Part shown: piece after piece, positions 12,769 through 26,180 of the stretch | How the letters are laid out: every line of letters starts with the position of its first letter | How positions within the stretch are numbered: the first letter of the stretch is position 1 | Source of the DNA: Scyliorhinus canicula | Taxonomy: Eukaryota | Assembly (NCBI RefSeq): GCF_902713615.1 | Contig: NC_052172.1 | Coordinates: forward strand, 18,137,327-18,201,326 | DNA: 64,000 nt | Direction of reading: 5' to 3' | Translations under genes and position numbers: made by a program | Notes under the pieces: model-generated | What the model was told of the DNA's origin: nothing | Seen by the model: the letters and a program-made list of their open reading frames with translations, nothing else | Databases searched by the model: none

Positions 12769-12896
12769 CAGGTGTAGCCATGGCAACGGGGCAGGTAGGG
12801 AGGGTCCATTTCTCTGCTGACCCAGATTTCGAGTGATATGCATCACTCGAGACCTTGAGCAGAATGGTCTCACGAGGATGCTGGCGTGATCGAGGG
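12769..12896 (-). other. Candidate internal exon (128 nt), possibly an upstream exon of PSMA6 or of a lncRNA
   Basis: Minus strand: pyrimidine-rich TATTTATGTCTCCCCAG| acceptor and CTG|GTATGT donor in non-repeat sequence. Confidence 0.35.
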
Positions 12897-14769
12897 CTGG
12901 GGAGACATAAATAGCGGGAGGGTGCACGGTCTGCGTGGAGTTTGCACGTTCTCCCCTTGTCTGCGTGGGTCCCATCCTTCACAACCCAAAAAGATGTGCA
13001 GGGTAGGTGAATTGGCCACACTAAATTGCCCCTTAGTTTGGGAAAAAAGAATTGGGTACTCTATTTAAACAAAAAGAGAGGAATGTGTGACAATAGGTCA
13101 GGGAGGAGGGGTAGTTAAAAAAAAAAATTAGAGTACCCAATTTATTTATTTCCAATTAAGGGGCAATTTAGTGTGGCGAATCCACCTAACCTGCACATCT
13201 TTGGGTTGTGGGGGCGAAACCCACGCAGACACGGGGAGAATGTGCAAACTCCACACGGACGGTGACCCAGAGCCGGGATTCGAACCCGGGACCTCGGCGC
13301 CGTAGTCCCAGTGCTACCCACTGTGCCACCGTGCGAGGAGGGGTAGGGTTTGCAAACTCTCCAGATTGACCCATAGTCTACAGAAATTGAAGATCAATCT
13401 CCTGGTGTGTGAAACCCTCGGGGAAAATCACAGGGACACTAAAAATTGTATATATTTAAAACCTTCTTTGAACATTTTCCTTTTCAGCTTACGAAAATAC
13501 TAGGGGGTGGGGGGGTGGGGAGGGGGTCAGGCTGTTTAATTGTTGGTCGAGCAACGTCCAATTGAGCAACGATGTCTTTTCAATTGGCCTGGGAAGGTTT
13601 TACGTCACAGGGGTAGGTGGATGTGGGATGTGTTGACCAGCTAATGGCTGCAACATTCGGGACAAGTCGTGGGTTCAGACCTGCATATAATCGCAGTTGG
13701 CCACCCAATTGGGAAGAGGGGGGGTAGAAAGAAGGATAAGCAGAGCAGGTACGAAGGGGTAAAGTGGGAGGAATGACAAATGGTAGGAAAGGTTTGTCCT
13801 ATGATCAGCGGGTAAGGGCGTTGCCCTCTGACCCCTGCACAGCAAGCTCACATACGCATCAAAATGTGAAGTGATCACCTATTTTTAAAAAAAGTTTGGT
13901 TGGGGGATAAATATTGTCCAGGTCGTTGGGGCAGACTCCCCCCCCCCCCCCCCCAAACCTGGCGCGGTCTTCAAAATAGTGGCATCTAGGGTGACACAGT
14001 GGCGCACTGGTTAGCACTGCTGCCTCACGGCGCCGAGGTCCCAGGGTCGATCCCAGCTCTGGGTCACTGTCCGTGTGGAGTTTGCACATTCTCCCCCGTG
14101 TCTGCGTGGGTTTCACCCCCACAACCCAAAAAAGATGCGCAGGGTAGGTGGATTGGCCACGCTAAATTGCTCCTTGATTGGAAAAAGAAAGAATTGGGCA
14201 CTCTAAATTTATATTTAAAAAAATTGTGGCGCCGGATCGTTTGAGCCCACCCGAGCGGGAAGACGTTTTAGCCCCTCATCTGAAAGGTGACATCTCTGAC
14301 ACCCAGAATGACAAACCTACCCTCCCTCCCCCCACCCAACCTTCTGATGGAGCGAGACAAGGTGATGGGGTTCGAAGGAAAAACAATGGAAGGGAGTGTG
14401 TCAGGGACAGAGCGTGTCCATCTTCCAGGATTAACCTTTTGACTCGGGCCTCCCAGACAAACTCTCTTGTGTTTTTTTTAGATCACACGAAGAAACTTTG
14501 ACAGGACGATCTAACTCGGCCTGATTTTCCTCCTCGGTCCGTGATTCCTCCCGCTGTGAATTTAGTTCAGCGATAAGGCTGCCCCACATACAGAGCAGTG
14601 CCAAGCATGGAAGCTGTAACCTAATTTAACAGGGCGCGGGACGACAAGGTAAGTCTGCAGCAATCTGCTTGTTATAGGAAGCTGTTATCGGTGCTTTGCA
14701 TCTGTAAGATATCAGGTTTGTACCTGTGTGCGTTTTAATGAACCAAAGGAGATATGTGGTAACAGTGGC

Positions 14770-15280
14770 TCGGCAGTTAAGAGCTTGAATTTTGCTGAAA
14801 AGAGAGACAAGCTGCCAAAGTTTTTCATCTGACACTCATCAGGACAAACATACGAACACCAAATTCCAGACGAGTAAATCAATTTATACTGCGGAGGAAA
14901 AGGGGGCGGGATTCTCCGTTTTGCCGCCGCCCAGGGGTTTCCCGATGGCGTAGGGCTGCCCCACAATGGGAAACCCCATTGACCGGCCGGCGTAACGGAG
15001 AATCCTGCTGGCGGGTCGGGGCAGAAATGTGGCACGGCGGAGCGGAGCATCCTGCCCAGGGTGTGGATTGGTTGGCAAGTTGACACCAATTGCCCACGGA
15101 AAAGTGATGGGGAACCACGCTCCTGGGTAATTCAAAGCTGGCACAAGGCTTGGACATATTCCTTTTGTTTGCAGAGATCGGGCCCCTGTATATAAATGTA
15201 CGCCACTTCCGCAAAGTGTAATCGACACGAGCTCGATCTGAAATTAGTTGTCTCTCTCTCACTTCAGCATGTTATTTATT
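14770..15280 (-). mobile_element. Penelope-like element remnant (GIY-YIG C-terminus and terminal repeat), carrying a MITE
   Basis: Minus strand ..TFIYRGP../..QGPDLCKQKEYVQALC.. followed by CCTGATGAG..GAAA; a homologous block lies at 25830-26120. Confidence 0.6.
14903..15057. mobile_element. Non-autonomous DNA transposon (Harbinger-like MITE)
   Basis: Imperfect TIR GGGCGGGATTCTCCG...CGGAGCATCCTGCCC; relatives at ~22668-22818, 30970-31110, 40990-41150 and 41314-41462. Confidence 0.7.
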
Positions 15281-15839
15281 CGCAGGACAGGAGCTGATTA
15301 GATTAATGAGCACCAGCGTGCAAATCCTTCTCTTGGGGCCCACCTTCCATCATAGATTTTCTTTTTTAAAAATAAATTTAGAGTACCCAGTTCATTTGTT
15401 TTTCCAATTAAGGGGCAATTTAGTGTGTTCATTCCACCTACCCTGCACATCCTTGGGTTGTGGGGGTGAAACCCACGCAAACAGGGGGAGAATGGGCAAA
15501 CTCCACACGGACAGTGACCCAGAATCAAACCTGGGAGCTCGGCGCCGTGAGGCAGCAGGGCTAACCCACTGTGCCACCGTGCTGCCCTACCATTATGGAT
15601 TTTCACCACTTACAGAAACCCCAAATAACTGTAGCTGAGGTGTTATCTTGAAGTCATGACAAGGTGCGACAAGACTTATCCCCTTTAAACCAGCTTGATG
15701 CAAAGGAATGAGTTTCTTATCAATTAATTTTCCCGTTCAGCCCTCTTGCCGGGATTCCTGATTTCCCCCGTCCCTTCGTCTTACGGGGAATGAATTGGAA
15801 ACAGTTCCACTCCTGCTGAATGGCTCGTCTTGTGTGGGA

Positions 15840-16095
15840 TATGGTGGTACGGTGGTAATATCACTAGGCAGTAATCCAGAGGTTAATACTCTGGGGAACA
15901 CGGGTTCGAATCCCACCCTGGCAGTTGGTGGAATTTAAATTCAATGAATAAAATCTGTAATTAAAAGCTGATCTCGGTGACCGTGACCGTCCTTACCTGG
16001 TCTGGCCTACATGTGACTCCAGACCCACAGCAATGGGCTTGACTCCCTCTGAAATGGCCGATCGCGACACTCAGTTCAATGGTAGTTAGGGGATG
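15840..16095 (+). mobile_element. tRNA-derived SINE of a further family (also ~17290-17590, ~56890-57170)
   Basis: A box TGGTAATATCACT, B box GGTTCGAATCCC, shared block CCTTACCTGGTCTGGCCTACATGTGACTCCAGACCCACAGCAAT. Confidence 0.7.
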
Positions 16096-16349
16096 GAGAC
16101 CTCCCATGACGGGGCCTTTTGAAAAGCCACACCTGGCTGATTGACCACAGGTTGCATTGCACCCCTCACCAATCTTGTCCTCGCCCCCGGAGTCCACACA
16201 CCTACAGTTTCCATGGGAGGGAGGTGGGGGTCTTCAACCTCCTCCCTGCCCCCCCCCCTCCCCCCCCCCCCCCCCCCCCAACCCTCACCACCTAATCCCC
16301 AGGGACAGAAGCTCCAAATTGTTACGGCGGCCATGAAGGACAAGGGGGA

Positions 16350-16707
16350 ATCATATCGGACTACTGCATTTATTAAATCGGGTGTTATTTTCCTAGGGCA
16401 GGAGCTAGTGCTTGTTGTTTTCAAGTGTCTTTGCTGTTGCTAGACGACGCAAACATAGACAGTGCCACCCACAGCTGCACGTCTTGTGGTTTTGTTCCGT
16501 GTTGCTCTTTGACGCAGAGTACAAATCCACCCTGGGGCAGGTTCATTCAAGAAGGGCGTGTCTCAGCCCCGTGCTGTATCACGGGTCGATTGCTGCAATC
16601 ACAGAGTGAGTCAGGAGGGGTGATCTAATGTGGATACCACCACACGGAGTGACGCACCGACAGTTCGGGCCAGCATTCCTATTTCCCGACACGAAGGAGG
16701 ACAGAGA
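16350..16707 (-). other. Candidate terminal exon of a spliced, polyadenylated transcript
   Basis: ~80-nt polypyrimidine tract (16710-16790 on minus) ending CCTCAG|, followed by unique sequence and AATAAA at 16374-16369; no recognisable coding frame. Confidence 0.4.
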
Positions 16708-19700
16708 CTGAGGGGTGGAGAATGGGAGAGGAAAGCTGGAGGGAAAGCAAGGAAGAGAGGGGTAGAAAGATAAGAGGCAGGGGATAAGACCTTTGGGCTA
16801 TGGGTGAGAGAGTGGGATTGCCACAGCAAAGAGCCAGCACCGCACAATGGCCTCTTTCTGTGCTGTAAGCCTGTACGCGTCTGTGGAAAGACAGAACTTT
16901 AGCGTGACAGTACAGCAGGCAACTCAGAAGGTAAATACCATCTCGGCCTTTATCGCAAGGGGATTGGAGGACAAGGATACAGGAAGCCGGATTACAATTG
17001 TACAAACTGGAATAATGTTTGCAGTTATTTAAGTTCCACTACTTGGAAGTTCCCCTCCAAGTCACTCACCACCCTGACTTGGAAATATATTGACCGTTCC
17101 TTCACTGTCGCTGGGTCAAAATCTTGGAACTCCCTCCCTAACAGCACGGTGGGTGTACCTTCGCCCCGGGACAGCAGTGGTTCAAGAAGGCGGCTCAGCA
17201 CCACTTTCTCAACGGCAATCAGAGACGGGCAATAAATGCTGGCCTAGCCAGCGACCCCCACAGCCAATAAATGAATAACAAAACGTTTAAGAGGTGGTAG
17301 CGTGGTGGTATTGTCACTGGACTAGACATCCAGAGACCCAGGGTAATACTCTGGGAACCTGGGTTGGAATCCTACCAGGGCACATGGTGAAATATGAACT
17401 CAATAAATTTTTTTTAAAAAAGTCTAATGATGACCATGAAACCATTGTCGATATTTATACAAATACATCTGGTTCACAAACGTCCTTTAGGGAAGGAAAT
17501 CTTCCCTCCTTACCCGGTCTAGCCTCCATGTGACTCCAGGCCCACACAGCAACGTGGTTGGCTCTTAAATGCCCCTCTGGAATGGCTCAGTCTCAGGATA
17601 GGGGGGCCAATCATTTTGGACTGAGATGAGGAGAAATGTCCTCACTCAAAGGGTTCTGAATCTTTGGAGGGCAGTGAATGCTCCATCGCTGAATGCGTTT
17701 AAGGCTGAGGCAGATCTTTGGTCTCTCAGAGAATTATGGGATCTGGGGAGCCGGGCAGAAAAGCGAGTTGAAGGCCTGGCTCGAGGGCTGAATGGTCTCC
17801 ACCTGCTCGGGTATCACATGTTCTCTTTCTCTATGTAAGCAGAAGAATGATTTCCCAGGACTGTGCTGAGTTAACAGATCACAACTGGAGCTCTGAGTTA
17901 GAGGAGGGTGTTCTCATATTAGCCCAATTCCCCGGGTTAAGAAAGAGATTTGGTCGGGGGAGACAGACGGGCAGATAATGACCGAAATGTGGGACAATCT
18001 GAGGCTCCACACCAAAACTCAATCGGGGATCATGGGGAAAACATCGGCTAAAATGTGGGACCAGAGGGTTGTAGACACGAGAGTCCAACTCTTCAGTGTC
18101 ACATGGAAGGAGTGCGGCACTGTCGGGGATACCGTCTAACGGATAAGATGTTAAACGTTTTGTTATTCATTTATTGGCTGAAGGGGGTCGCTGGCTAGGC
18201 CAGCATTTATAGCCCGTCTCTGATTGCCGTTGAGAAAGTGGTGATGAGCCGCCTTCTTGAACCACTGCTGTCCCAGGGGCGAAGGTACACCCACCGTGCT
18301 GTTAGGGAGGGAGTTCCAAGATTTTGACCCAGCGACAGTGAAGGAGCGGCCGATATATTTCCAAGTCAGGGTGGTGAGTGACTTGGAGGGGAACTTCCAA
18401 GTAGTGGTAATCCCAGTTATCTACCACCCTTGTCCTTCTAGTTGATAGCGGTTGTGTGTTTGGAAGGTGCTGTGTAAGGAGCCTTGGTGAGATGCTGCAG
18501 TGCATCTTGTGGATGGTACACACGGCTGTTGCTGTGAGTCGGTGGTGGAGGGAGTAAATGTTTGTGGAAGGGGGGAGCAATCAAGAGGGGCTGCTTTGTC
18601 AGGGATGGTGTTGAGCTTCGTGAGTGTTGGTGCTGCACTCACCCAGGCAAGTTGAGAGTATTCCCCCACATTCCTGACTTGTGCCCTGAGGCCCCATCTA
18701 CTTTCGGGGGTGGATGTAAAAGAGCCGATGACAACAATTGTGAAGAAGGTCAGTGGAGTTCTGCCCAGGGCCTTGGCCAATGTTTATCCTTCAACTAAAA
18801 ATAGATGATCTTGTAATTATCTCTTTGCTGTTTGTGGGATCTGGCTATGTGCAAATAGGCAAACACGTTTTCTACAGCACATCAAAGGAACTTAATTGAC
18901 TAAAGTGCTTTGGGGCATCATGAGGTCATGAAAGGTGCTATATAAATGCAAGTATTTACTTTTGACAGGAGAGAAGGTGGAGCATCATAAATAGATCAAT
19001 TGTGTGGAGGAGGATATTCCATGTCTTCCCCAATTATCGCCAATAATTGCCGTCATTTAGAGCAGGTTTATAATGTTGCTAGGTCAGGTGCGGAAAGAAA
19101 TATATTTCATAATTTATGGGATGTGGGCATCACAGACTAGACCAGCACTTATTGCCCATCCCTAATTGCCCCCTTGAGAAGGTGGTGGAGAGCCGCCTTC
19201 TTGAACCCGCTACAGTCCAAGTGGTGTAGGTACACCCACTGCTGCGGTTAGGGAGGGAGTTCCCTATTTTGCCCCAGCGACAGTGAAGGAACGGCCGATG
19301 TATTTCCAAGTCAGGGTGGTTAGTGTTCCGGGTGGTGGTGTTCCCAGGTATCTGCTGCCCTTGTCTTCGAGGTGATAGAGGGGCATGGCGGGTTTGGAAG
19401 GTGCTGCCGAAAGAGCCTTGACGGGTCGGTGCAGTGATGGTACACACACGGCTGCCACAGTGTGCGGCGGTGGTGAAGGGTGGGATGTTGAAGGTGGTGG
19501 GTGGGGTGCCGCGATCGAGCCGGCAGCTTTGCCCCGGCGTGGCGGCACAGTGGTTAGCACTGCTGTATCACAGCTTCAGGGTCCCAGGTTCAATTCTCGC
19601 CTCGGGTGACTGTCTGTGTGGAGTTTGTACTTTCTCCCTGTGGGTTTCCTCCGGGTGCTCCGGTTTCCTCCCACAGCTCAAAGATGTGCGGGTTAGGTGG

Positions 19701-21409
19701 ATTGACCATGCCCGTTAGTGACCAAAAGGTTAGGAGGGGTTACTTTGTTACAGGGATAGGGTGCAGGCGTGGGCTTAAGTAGATGGGTTCTTAGGGTGGC
19801 ATGGTGGTGCAGTGGGTAGCATTGCTGCCTACGGCACTGAGGACCAGGGTTCGATCCTGGCCCCGGGTCACTGTCCGTGTGGCGTTTGCACATTCTACCC
19901 ATGTCCTCGTGGGTTTCATCCCCACAACCCAAAGATGCGCAGGGTAGGTGGATTGGCCACGCTAAATTGCCCCTTCATTGGAAAAAAAAATCATTGGTTA
20001 CTCTAAATGTATAAGAAAAAAAGCAGGGTCCTCTTTCCAAGGGCTGGTGCAAACTAGATGGGCCGAATGGCCTCCAACTACACTGTAAATTCTAGGTGTC
20101 GATGGTGTGGAGCTTCTTGCTTCTTGACCTTTGTCGGATACCTCCAGCCCTCCGATTTGAAAACAAGTTCAGACAGGTGACTTAAACGCAGTCTCGGGGA
20201 GCAGGTGAGCCGGCCTCAAGGTGCATTTACCTCGAGGACATTCGATTTATGCAAAAGAGCAAAGTGATCATTTAGGACAGGGTGTGGTTTGTACTTTTTC
20301 TCTGAAGTTATCTCATTGGCTGCCAACAGTCCTATTGCCCACAGCACCCGTGAGGCCTGTCAGGACTGCTTTGCATAACTCATAGTTGGAAATCCCCTTT
20401 ACAGATGCCCAGACAGGTTATCGAGGAAAAGAAATGGTTGTAGTACAGGTGTATCCAGCGATGATGCAACACCAGCAGGTTAAACATCTTTTTATATCTG
20501 CCCTTCTGGAAGATATCCAGCAGAGCGACATTGCGCTGGATTCTCCATTCCAGAGACTACGTGCCTCTTGTTGGTTAACCCTTTAATATCTTTCTTCTCT
20601 TCCCCTGCGATTTTCTTGGGGGAGGGGTGGCTGGGGAGGATGGTTGTGGGTCATCAGCAACCCCCCCCCCCCCCCCCCCCCCCCCCACACAACCTACCCA
20701 TGACCTCTACACTCACTGGAATATATGTCCGCGTTATTGGCTCCAAAGTCGGGTTTGAACACAGCCTTTTTTAAAATAAGTTTACAGAGTACCTAATTTT
20801 TTTTTCCCAACTAAGGAGCAATTTAGCGTGGCCAATCCACCTACCCTGCACATTTTTGGGTTGTGGGGGTGAGACCCACGCAGACACGGGGAGAACGTGC
20901 AAACCCCACACGGACAGTGACCCAGAGCCGGGATCGAACCTGGGACCTCGGCGCCGTGAGGCAGCAGTGCTAACCCACTAGGCCACCGTGCTGCCCCAGT
21001 TATTATTACTGTTATCTGCTTCTGTGTGACGTTGGTTGGGGGATAACTATTGATCGGCCGACAAGGGAGACCCTCCCCCCCCTCCTGACTCTTTTACATT
21101 CATCCAAGGGAGGAGGTGCGGCCTCAGTTCATTCGAATTCTGTGACAGGAAGGTCAGTGACTGGGAATTCTGTGGAGAGTAAAGTAACTACAGTCGCCTT
21201 CGTCCCAAATGACCAGAGGCTGCTTTCCCCTTTAAGGGGGAGAGCTGACTGGTGGTGGTTTAACCTGAGGATCACCCACATCTCAGGCGGGGAACAAGGC
21301 TGAGAAGGCGGGGCCTTCATGAACAACCTCAGCCGGAACAGGGAATTGAACCCATGCTGTCAGTCTCCCTCTGCGGCACGAACCAGCCGTCCACCCAACT
21401 AAACCAGCC

Positions 21410-21965
21410 TCCTCCAGCTCACCTCCTATCTCCCCAAAAACTGTCCATCATCTCTAAGGCACAAGTCAGGAGTGTGATGGAATACTCTCCACTTGCCTGG
21501 ATGAGTGCAGCTCCAACACTCAAGAAGCTCGACACCATCCAGGACAAAGCAGCCCCGCTTGATTGGCGCCCCATCCACCACCTTCAACATTCACTCCCTC
21601 CACCACCGATGCACAGTGGCAGCCGTGTGTACCGTCTACAAGATGCACTGCAGGAACTCACCAAGGTTCCTTCGACCGCACCTTCCAAATCCGTGACCTC
21701 TACCATCTTGAAGGACATGGGGCAGCAGATACCTGGGAACCCCACCACCTGCAGGTTCCCCTCTGAGCCACTCATCACCTTAACTTGGAAATATATCGGC
21801 CGTTCCTTCACTGTCGCTGGGTCAAAATCCTGGAGCTCCCTCCCTAACAGTAACTACACCACAAGGACTGCAGTGGCTCAAGAAAGCAGCTCACCACCTT
21901 CCTAAAGACAATTAAGAATGGGCAATAAATGCTGACCTAGCCTACGACACCCACATCACAGGGGA
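21410..21965 (+). mobile_element. CR1/L2-superfamily LINE, second family, 3' end (also 17030-17285 +, 18165-18690 -, 19110-19535 -, 45880-46460 +, 49055-49525 -)
   Basis: KAQVRSVMEYSPLAWMSAAP.LKKLDTIQDKAA and NIHSLHHRCTVAAVCTVYKMHC; tail GGGCAATAAATGCTG. Confidence 0.85.
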
Positions 21966-24900
21966 GAATATTAACAAATCTAACTCTCCATTGGTGCAGC
22001 ACCCACTCAGTCCCTGGACTTTTGTGCCACGAGTGAGACTTGAACCCACAGCCCCTCTGCTGTGTACCTGAGAGTGCTTCTCACTGACACCAGCTGACAA
22101 AATGCGATCAGTTCACGGGATAAATCTGACCCACACTTGCTCGCTGGTTTGGCAGGGAATGTGATCAGGGGATTTCCATCTCCCTCTGGGGGAACGGAAA
22201 AATCCTGGGAATTTCCAGTCAGGAGGACAAAAACAGTAACAGAATGTGGCAGCCGGAATTCCTTGTACAAGTCGGGATGTGCGGATAAAGCAAGGGACGG
22301 GAAAGGGGGAAGCACAGAGGAATCTAAGCTGGCGGCCCGCAGGGAAAATACTTTTGTGTTTTGAGGGCGGTTCAATTCCCAAGTCATGCCTCAATTTAAA
22401 ATTCCTCGATCCTTGCTTCCAAATCCCGCCCCCCCCCCCTCACCCCCCACCCTTAGCTCACCGGTGCCTATCTCTGTAATCTCCTCCAATTCTTGTGCAT
22501 TCCCGATCTTAATTGTTCCACCACTGGAAGCCGTGCCTTCAGCTGTCCGGGGACCCCGGGCTCGGGAATTCCCTCTCTAAACCTCTCCGCGCCTTTGAAA
22601 ATACACTCTGAGAAAGCTATCGGCCACCTGTCCATATCGCCGATTTTTAAAAATTCATTCAAGTATGGCAGAGTTCTCCGGCCGTTGCGGTTCACTGCCT
22701 CCGGCTTTCCCGGTGGCTCCGATACGAAATCCCATTGACAAGCTGCCGGAGGGTGAATCCCGCCACCAGGGAACGGCGCTGTCGAGAAGTGCGGGACTGA
22801 GGTCCCAGAAATCCAGCCCATGATGTGTGCACTGTTATTTACAATGTTTTTAAAAATAAATTTAGAGTACCCAATTATTTGGGACTTGGCTAGTCCACCT
22901 ACCCTGCACATCTTTGGGTTGTGGGGGCGAAACCCACGCAGACACGGGGAGAATGTGCAAACTCTACACGGACAGTGACCCAGGGCCCGGATTCGTGACC
23001 TGGGTCCTTTTTAGCACAGTGAGGCAGCAGTGCCACCATGCTCCCTTTTGTGGGTAATATAAGGGTTAATGTGTTAATAAATATTGTTGAATTTTGAACT
23101 TGTGTTTGTGGTTTGTTTCCTCGTCAATAAAGACACCCTCGGTAAAACCTTGGAATCAATAAAACTGGTCAAATGTACCTGAGGTTTTACAGGTACAATA
23201 ATCCCTCACTGAAAGTCTTTGCTCATGTGCCATTCCACCTGACCCCAGTGGCCAGGTGTGAGGCCCCCACAGTGGGTATCAGCCAGGACAACTTTTAAAA
23301 ATAATTTGGCCATCGGATTTAAGTGTCACGGCCAAGGCCACGTCGCTGCTCACCTTCCCTGTCTACCTCCCTATAACCCTCGACTCCCCTGTCCACCAAA
23401 ATCTGTCTAACCTCAGCTCTGGATATATTCAATACTCCAGCCCCCACTTCTCCCGGAGAAAGGGAATTATAAAGACCAACAGGAGAGGAAATTACTTCTG
23501 TCTCACTTTCTGTCTTAAATGGGAGAGACCCCTTAATATAAACTGTGACCCCTACCTTTTTTGTCATTCATTCATGGGATCATAGAATCATAGAATCATA
23601 GGGATGGACTACAAATAGTGGCCTCGCCTACATCCACTGCCCATTATGGGCAGCACGGTAGCATTGTGGATAGCACAATCGCTTCACGGCTCCAGGTCAC
23701 TGTCTGTGTGGAGTTTGCACATTCTTCCCTTGTTTGCGTGGGTTTCACCCCCACAACCCAAAGATGTGCAGGGTAGGTGAATTGGCCAAGCTAAATTGCC
23801 CCTTAATTGGAAAAAATGAAGGAGTACTCTAAATTCATTAAAAAATATATTACCCACAAAATAGTAGCGGTATCCAAGATAGTGTATACTATCCGTAAAG
23901 ATGGCTTGGTAGGCCATGGGTCTGATCACTGGAATTCCTCTGGCCTCCTCCTGCTCTTATTTTCTGTGTATGTTCCTATGTAAATAGAACATGGTGAGAA
24001 AGTCCTCGTGGCCAGGGAAGGAACAAACCCAATCAGGACCTCCCAAGGAGCTAATTAAATGCAGAAACTGTTTTTATGCGGAAAATGGGAGGCATATTTT
24101 GTGGCAAGCAGTGAGTTGAGTAACCAAATAATCTGTTTTTGATGATTTTGGTCAAGGGAGGATTGTGGTTGAGACATGTGGAGAATTCCCCCGGCTTTTT
24201 GAACAGTCCTTCACACAGGATCGTGGAACCACACAGTGTAGCAGCGACCGTTCGGCCCATCATGCCAAAGCCAGCGCTTTGAAAGAGCTATCCAACTCGT
24301 CCCACTTTTCCCCCCGGAGCTCAGCAATCGTTTCCCCCCCTCCAGTATTTACCCAATTCCCTTTTCAAAGTTCCTACCTGCTTCCACCCCCCCCCCCCCC
24401 CCCCCCCCCACCTTTTGGCAATTGCAGATGGAAACAACAATGTCGACCAAGATACTCCCATTGGTTCTTTTGCCAATTATCTTAAATCTGCGACCCTCGA
24501 GTTACCGACCCTCCTGTCACTGGAAACAGATCCTCCTCATTTACTCCAGCAAAACCCTTCATGATGTTTGAACCGCTTTATTAAATAGGAAAGGTTGTAC
24601 AGGTTGGGCTTGCTTCCATTGGAGTTCAGACGAGTGAGGGAGGGAGTGGAGGGGGGGAGAGGGACTTGACTGAAGTCTATAAGATCCTGAATGATCTCAA
24701 CAGGTGGACTTAGAAAGGAAGTTTCCTCTTGTGGAGGAGTGGGGAACAGGGGGGGGGGCGGGGGCACGGTATAAAAATTAGGGGCCGCCCTTGAAGGACA
24801 GACAGGAGGGGAATTTTTCTTTCTCAGAGGGTTGTGTGACCTTGGAGCTCTCTGCCTCAGAAGGCGGTGGAGGCCGGGGCGGGGGGGGGGGGGGGGGGGG

Positions 24901-25016
24901 GGGGGTGTGTGTGTGTGTGTGTGGGTGTGGGTGTGTGGGGGACTGAGTAATTTTTAAGCGGAGGTAAATGGATTCTTGTTGGGCGAGGGGATCAAAGGTT
25001 ATCAGGGTTATGACGG

Positions 25017-25322
25017 GTGGCACGGTAGCACAGTGGTTAGCACTGGTTGCTTCACGGCGCCAGGGTTCCAGGTTCGATTCCCGGCTTGGGTCACTGTCTG
25101 TGCGGAGTCTGCACGTTCTCCCCGTGTCTGCGTGGGTTTTCTCCGGGTGCTCCGGTTCCCTCCCACAAGTCCCGAAAGACGTGCTGTTAGGTGAATTGGA
25201 CATTCTGAATTCTCCCTCTGTGTACCCGAACAGGCGCCGGAATCTGGCGACTAGGGGATTTTCACAGTAACTTCATTGCAGTGTTCATGTAAGCCTACTT
25301 GTGACACTAATAAAGATCATTA
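25017..25322 (+). mobile_element. HE1-core SINE with GTGACA(CT)AATAAA tail (also 36305-36610 +, 32295-32900 -, 47000-47300 -, 50166-50495 +)
   Basis: HE1 head/core followed by GGACATTCTGAATTCTCCCTCTGTGTACCCGAACAGGCGCCGGAA...TTTCACAGTAACTTCATTGCAGTG..GCCTACTTGTGACACTAATAAAG. Confidence 0.85.
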
Positions 25323-25829
25323 TGGGGCAGCACGGTGTCCAGCATATGGGTTAGCCCTGCAGTCTCACGGCGCCAAGGTCCCAGGTTCGATCCCGGCTCT
25401 GGGTCACTGTCCGTGTGGAGTTTGCACATTTCCCCCGTGTCTGCGTGGGTTTCGCCCCCACAACCCAAAGATGTGCAGGCTAGGTAGATTGGCCATGCTA
25501 AATTGCCCCTTAATTGGAAAAAAAGGAATTGGCTACTCTAAATTTAAAAAAAGATCATTACTATTATTAGATGGGGAATGTGGAATTCAAAACACCAATA
25601 GATCAGCCACGATCTTATTGAACGGTGGAGCAGGCCTGAGGGGCTGAATGGGCTGCTTCTGTTCCTGTTTTGTATGTTCATATCTCCCCAGTCATCACCA
25701 AAGATAGGGCCAGGATAATTTCCTGGGCTGGTGTTGTTCGTTTAGATGTATGAGATAGTAATTGCTCAGATTTTTCTTTAGCCCCCAAAAATGGCCTCGA
25801 TTTTAAACACTTGGTAGCATGGAACCTGA

Positions 25830-26120
25830 ACATAGCTGAAAAGGGAGACGTGTTGTCAAAGTTTTTAATCTTGAACTCATCAGGGCTAACACAAGAATGC
25901 CAAATTTAACCCAATCGCAATAAATTTATGGTAGAGGAGAAAAGGGGGCTGATTGGTTGGCAAATCGACTCCGATTGGCTGAGGCTTGGCATTGGTGAAA
26001 GCAACATAGGCTCCCCAAACCCCTGGGTAATTCACAACAGATTGAACAGATTCCTTTTGCTTGCAGAGAACGGGTACCTGCGCCAATCACTAAAGTTCCT
26101 CCACAGGTTAGCAAGGCCAT
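25830..26120 (-). mobile_element. Penelope-like element remnant
   Basis: Minus strand ..QVPVLCKQKESVQ..; homologous to 14770-15280. Confidence 0.55.
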
Positions 26121-26180
26121 GATAGAAGTGAACCCAACACTACAGGCTTTACCTCTGGAGGGATGGAAATGAAAGGTAGG

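Noticed and set aside
20380-20555. Minus-strand open frame EWRIQRNVALLDIFQKGRYKKMFNLL...
   Set aside because: No convincing splice sites or start codon, and no recognisable homology.
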